Source of the DNA: an uncultured Gammaproteobacteria bacterium
GTDB lineage: Bacteria > Patescibacteriota > Microgenomatia > Levybacterales > UBA12049
Length of the DNA stretch: 36,730 bases
Reading direction: 5' to 3'
NCBI GenBank assembly: GCA_964364105.1
Contig: CAYILI010000003.1
Location: forward strand, 1 to 36,730
Part shown: piece by piece, positions 34,219 to 36,730 of the stretch
Position numbering within the stretch: position 1 is the first letter of the stretch
How the letters are laid out: each line of letters starts with the position of its first letter
Notes under the pieces: generated by a model
What the model saw: the letters and a program-made list of their open reading frames with translations, nothing else
Told to the model about the DNA's origin: nothing
The model's database searches: none
Made by a program: the position numbers and the translations under genes

Positions 34219-34947
34219 ATGAGAAAAAATATATTAATTTTCATCTGTCTATTAATTGTCTGGCAATTATTAATAACCTACATTGTTACTGATAAAAATT
34301 TGCCTACATCACTATCTCTAACTCAGGAATTTATAAAAAGCATGAAAGAAGGGCAGATCATAAATGACATGTTCTACAGCGTTAAAAGAGTTTTTGTTGG
34401 ATATTTGATGGCATGTTTTTTTGGGATTTTTTTGGGACTCGTTGCTGCATATTTTCAAAGAATTGGCTCAACATTAAAACCAATCGTTGAGCTATTAAGA
34501 CCAATTCCCCCAATTGCCTGGATACCACTTTCTATCATTTTTTTTGGATTAGGAGACAATGCGTCTTATTTTATTGTTTTTTTAAGCTCATTTTTCCCAA
34601 TCTTTACTAACACTTATTTTGGTGCTTCGAGCCTTCCTCAGATTTATATAAATATAGCAAGGACCTATGAGGTTAATTTTCAGGATTATTTCTTTAAAAT
34701 ATTATTGAAATATTCTCTTCCTAATATTTTTACAGGATTAAAAATTGGTGTTGGAATGGCTTGGATGAGCGTAATTGCATCTGAATTAGTTAGTGCGCAA
34801 TCTGGCCTTGGATACTATATACAGATAAACCGACTTCTTCTTAATATGGATAGGATAATAATAGGAATGTTTCTTATCGGAATTATAGGGCTAATATTCA
34901 ATAAATTAATATCAATTGGTGAAAAGAGGATAATTTCATGGAAATGA
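34219..34947 (+). CDS. ABC transporter permease (SsuC/TauC family)
   Basis: Motifs S.KRV..GY, LRPIPPIAWIP and LPNIFTGLKIG...AW..VIASE....SGLG. Confidence 0.92.
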   Translation: MRKNILIFICLLIVWQLLITYIVTDKNLPTSLSLTQEFIKSMKEGQIINDMFYSVKRVFVGYLMACFFGIFLGLVAAYFQRIGSTLKPIVELLRPIPPIAWIPLSIIFFGLGDNASYFIVFLSSFFPIFTNTYFGASSLPQIYINIARTYEVNFQDYFFKILLKYSLPNIFTGLKIGVGMAWMSVIASELVSAQSGLGYYIQINRLLLNMDRIIIGMFLIGIIGLIFNKLISIGEKRIISWK

Positions 34948-35645
34948 ATGATACATTGATTTTAAAAAAAATTACTCATGTTTATTATACAAAAAGAGGG
35001 GACAGGAGAAGTATTTTTAATAATGTTAATCTAAGCATCAAAAAAGGAGAAACAGTAACAATTTTGGGGAAATCAGGATATGGCAAAACTACATTAGCAA
35101 ATATCATTTGCGGCTATCTGGAACCCACGAATGGCAATGTTTTTGTAAATGGACTAAATACAAATTCTCCTTCTAAAGAGAGGGTCATGGTAAATCAAAG
35201 TGATGACCTGTTTGACTGGATGTCGATTGAGGAAAACATGAAAATTGCTACTAAAGATGTGGCAAAAATTAATAGATATCTCATTGCCGTAAATTTAATT
35301 AATTTAAAAAATGAATATCCCCATAAACTGTCTGGTGGCATGAGAAAAAAGCTATCTCTTGCTAGAGCATTAGCAGCCAATCCAAGTATACTCGTACTGG
35401 ATGAGCCCTTCTCTTATCTAGATCATTCAACCAAAAGTGAGTTATTTTTATTCCTAAGTAAGAATCTTAAAAAAGCCAAAACAACAACTATTTTAATTAC
35501 GCATGATATTGACGAAGCCATTTATTTGTCAGATAGAATTTTCGTTTTATCAAACACTGGTGGTGGTACTCTTAAAGAATTCTTATTTAAAAAAAATAGA
35601 CTCAAATCAAAAACTTTAGTCGAGGAAATTAAAAGTCTATACTAA
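34938..35645 (+). CDS. ABC transporter ATP-binding protein (SsuB/TauB family)
   Basis: Walker A GKSGYGKTT, LSGGM, LVLDEPFSYLD and ITHDIDEA. Confidence 0.93.
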   Translation: MEMNDTLILKKITHVYYTKRGDRRSIFNNVNLSIKKGETVTILGKSGYGKTTLANIICGYLEPTNGNVFVNGLNTNSPSKERVMVNQSDDLFDWMSIEENMKIATKDVAKINRYLIAVNLINLKNEYPHKLSGGMRKKLSLARALAANPSILVLDEPFSYLDHSTKSELFLFLSKNLKKAKTTTILITHDIDEAIYLSDRIFVLSNTGGGTLKEFLFKKNRLKSKTLVEEIKSLY

Positions 35646-35701
35646 AAGCCTATAATATACTTCCTTTAAATATTTTGGTATAATGCGTTCCACTATTAAT
35701 T

Positions 35702-36730
35702 ATGGCTAATGAAAGCAGTCAACCAAGAGGCATAGGCCACCCACCAGTCGAATCTGAAGCAGGCAGGACAACATCTTCAGAATTCAACGAACAAACAAGA
35801 GTGAGGCTCGAAAAACTTAGGGCACTAAGGTCAATGGGAATAAATCCCTACCCGGATCATTTTGAAAGATCTCACCAGCCTCTAGATATCAGAACTAATG
35901 CAGATTTACTTGGAGAGACAGTTACAACTGCAGGAAGGCTAGTTGGAATTCGCAGAATGGGAAGAACCAACTTTGCTCATATTCAAGATAGTTCTGGACG
36001 AATTCAAATACACATGAATCCTGAAGGAGTAGGGGAAGACGGATTAGGATTCTTCAATGATTATTTTGATTTAGGAGATATTATTGGAGTAAGAGGAAAA
36101 CCATTCGTAACAAGGACGGGGGAAACAACAATCGGAACTGAATCTTTTCAGATGCTTGCAAAAGCTCTCAGGCCTTTACCTGATAAACATCACGGCTTAA
36201 CTAACGACGAGCTAAGATACAGAAGAAGATACTTGGAGCTAATTGCAAATCCCGATACCAGAGACAGATTTGTTACAAGAACAAAAATAGTGAAAGGTGT
36301 TAGGAATTTTCTTGATGCGCATGACTTTATGGAAGTCGACACTCCAGTTCTACAACCAGATCCATCCGGAGCTACTGCTAAGCCTTTTGTAACACATCAT
36401 AATGCTTTGGACCAAGATTTATTTTTAAGAATAGCGCCTGAAACATACCTTAAAAGATTAATCATAGGTGGATTTGACAGAGTATATGAAATGGGGAGAA
36501 TTTTTAGGAACGAAAATATTGACCCTTCTCATCTTCAAGATTTTACAATGCTTGAGTTTTATGCTTCATACTGGAATGCAGACAGAAGTCTTAAGTTTAC
36601 TGAAGCACTCTTGAGGAGCACTGCACAAGCTGCTTTAGGCGAAAATCAGGTTATTCAAATTGGAGAAAATACAATTGACTTCTCAGCACCTTGGCCAATA
36701 GCACAATATAGAGACCTTGTTTTAGCTCAT
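35702..36730 (+). CDS. lysS: Lysine--tRNA ligase (class II), 3' truncated by the window edge; absent from the ORF track
   Basis: My translation from ATG 35702 gives RLEKLRALRSMGINPYP, AGRLVGIRRMG..NFAHIQDSSGRIQ, TRTGETT, RYRRRYLELIAN, SGATAKPFVTHHNAL, LRIAPETYLKRLIIGG and FRNENIDPSHLQDFTMLEFY. Confidence 0.93.
   Translation, partial: MANESSQPRGIGHPPVESEAGRTTSSEFNEQTRVRLEKLRALRSMGINPYPDHFERSHQPLDIRTNADLLGETVTTAGRLVGIRRMGRTNFAHIQDSSGRIQIHMNPEGVGEDGLGFFNDYFDLGDIIGVRGKPFVTRTGETTIGTESFQMLAKALRPLPDKHHGLTNDELRYRRRYLELIANPDTRDRFVTRTKIVKGVRNFLDAHDFMEVDTPVLQPDPSGATAKPFVTHHNALDQDLFLRIAPETYLKRLIIGGFDRVYEMGRIFRNENIDPSHLQDFTMLEFYASYWNADRSLKFTEALLRSTAQAALGENQVIQIGENTIDFSAPWPIAQYRDLVLAH

Noticed and set aside
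1106-35380. Short antisense/overlapping ORFs in the track (e.g. 1106, 2405, 2448, 2753, 3103, 4127, 4231, 7557, 7763, 8910, 9514, 11190, 16940, 18277, 19030, 19919, 24883, 26873, 31714, 35195)
   Set aside because: Most are shadows of well-supported genes in another frame or strand (2753 instead spans the dinB upstream region); none has a recognisable motif.
1-36730. Alternative genetic code (TGA=Gly, as in Gracilibacteria/Absconditabacteria)
   Set aside because: Conserved genes are full length under code 11, and several end at TGA in overlapping operon junctions.

Overview
AT-rich bacterial DNA using the standard genetic code. Gene content, many orphan genes, near-leaderless promoters and the palindromic repeat types suggest a Patescibacteria/CPR genome, probably Microgenomates-like (inference). 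Recognisable genes include dinB, a CNNM/CBS protein, PAP2 + dgkA, tRNA-His(GTG), a cold-shock protein, LUD + HxlR, a GT2-sortase-deacetylase-glycoside hydrolase operon, nadD/nadE and a lysS that runs off the right edge. Two things stand out. (1) Downstream of tRNA-His lies a tandem array of tiny integrase-less gene cassettes (325-1067 bp). Each ends in a copy of the tRNA 3' core (CCACCCAT/ACCCAY) preceded by an attP-like arm whose T-loop-like motif is shifted 4-5 bp relative to the tRNA, the geometry known for large serine integrases. The array may extend to about 23847. (2) A divergent cluster at 26781-35645 combines an active-site-remodelled LysRS paralog, an amidohydrolase, an SsuA/TauA-type ABC importer, two Thr-nucleophile sulfatase-like enzymes, a Nif3 protein and a RibA carrying the Tyr-to-Met change linked to GTP cyclohydrolase III (FAPy-forming) activity, next to a second, canonical-looking LysRS. 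All calls come from reading motifs by eye; no searches were run.
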